The position numbers and the translations under genes were made by a program. Below are positions 63,260-64,000 of a DNA stretch of 64,000 nucleotides, in pieces; the stretch's first letter is position 1; each line of letters starts with the position of its first letter. The notes under the pieces were generated by a model. That model was not told where the DNA came from. It was given only the letters and a program-made list of their open reading frames with translations, and made no database searches. Source of the stretch: Hypanus sabinus (Eukaryota); contig NC_082727.1 in NCBI RefSeq assembly GCF_030144855.1, forward strand, positions 24,304,001 through 24,368,000. Reading direction: 5' to 3'.

Positions 63260-63900
63260 ATTATTGGTGACGACACCAGCGGGGACATTTGCTATTTGTG
63301 ATACTTATTAACGACTTTGATATGAATGAATGAGGTATGATGAATAACTTTGCATAAAAATCGGTGGTGCCTTAAATAGAATGGAAATTTGCTTAAGGCT
63401 ACAAGATAATCAGATGGAAAGTTGGGCTAAGAACTTAATCCAATAATGCAAAGTGATGCATTTTGATAAGTCACATAGGGATAGGACATATACAATAAAT
63501 GGTAGGGCATTAGGAATGTTATTCTACAGACCTGTACAGTTCCAAGTCTTCAGTTCCCTGAAAATAGCATCACAGGTTGATAGGATGGTGATGATTGCAT
63601 ATGGTATAATTGCCTTCATAATTCAGGATGTAGAATATAAAAGTTGGGATCTTATTTTGCAACTAGGTTTTCTATGTTTCTATGTTTACAAAATATCAGC
63701 TAGCCAGACTTTTAGTATTGAGTGCAGTTCTGGTCACTACGGGTAATTGTGCTGTAGAGTATTCAGAGGAAAAACACCAGGAAGTTGCCTGGAATTGAGG
63801 GCTTTATCTATAGGGAGAGATTGGATAGGCTAGGCTTGCTTTCTCTGAAGTGAAGGAGTTTGAGGGGTGTAATGTCAGAGATATATAAGATTATGAATCA
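63260..63900 (+). mobile_element. Decayed CR1 RT fragment
   Basis: SLKIASQVDRMV..AYG; gaagttgcctggaattgagggc. Confidence 0.7.
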
Positions 63901-64000
63901 CTGTTTTATAAATTAACTATATAATTAATGCTTCATGTGCTGATAGAAGTATTGAAATCAATACCACAATACTGTGCAAACAAAAGTACAGTGAGTTCAG

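Noticed and set aside
53322-64000. Next upstream MYPN exon
   Set aside because: I found no matching reading frame with splice sites; the intron appears to extend beyond the window.

Overview
Eukaryotic, repeat-dominated vertebrate DNA. The mix of CR1, Rex1-like, Penelope and V-SINE repeats points to a cartilaginous fish, probably a ray (inference). The only host gene is the 3' end of myopalladin (MYPN) on the minus strand. It has four GT-AG coding exons (53114-53321, 38663-38828, 36665-36798, 31370-31536) that splice in frame and encode Ig4, Ig5 and a C-terminus ending ESDEL*. A candidate poly(A) signal lies at 30205-30210. Three LTR retrotransposons are present. (i) An old chromovirus-type Gypsy (4116-13029) carrying nested hAT, CR1 and Rex1 insertions. 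(ii) A Gmr1-type element (21086-27556) with PR-IN-RT-RH order, SCAN-like gag, tRNA-Pro PBS and an inverted copy of its own gag inside the 5' LTR. (iii) An ORF-intact Gypsy (45898-50119) in a MYPN intron, with a GGGAAAC slippery site and pseudoknot. The window also holds three solo LTRs, a Charlie/Buster-type hAT, Tc1 and Tigger relics, a 60-bp minisatellite and several Penelope ends with decayed minimal hammerhead ribozymes. Boundaries of decayed LINE fragments are approximate, and identities were estimated by eye.
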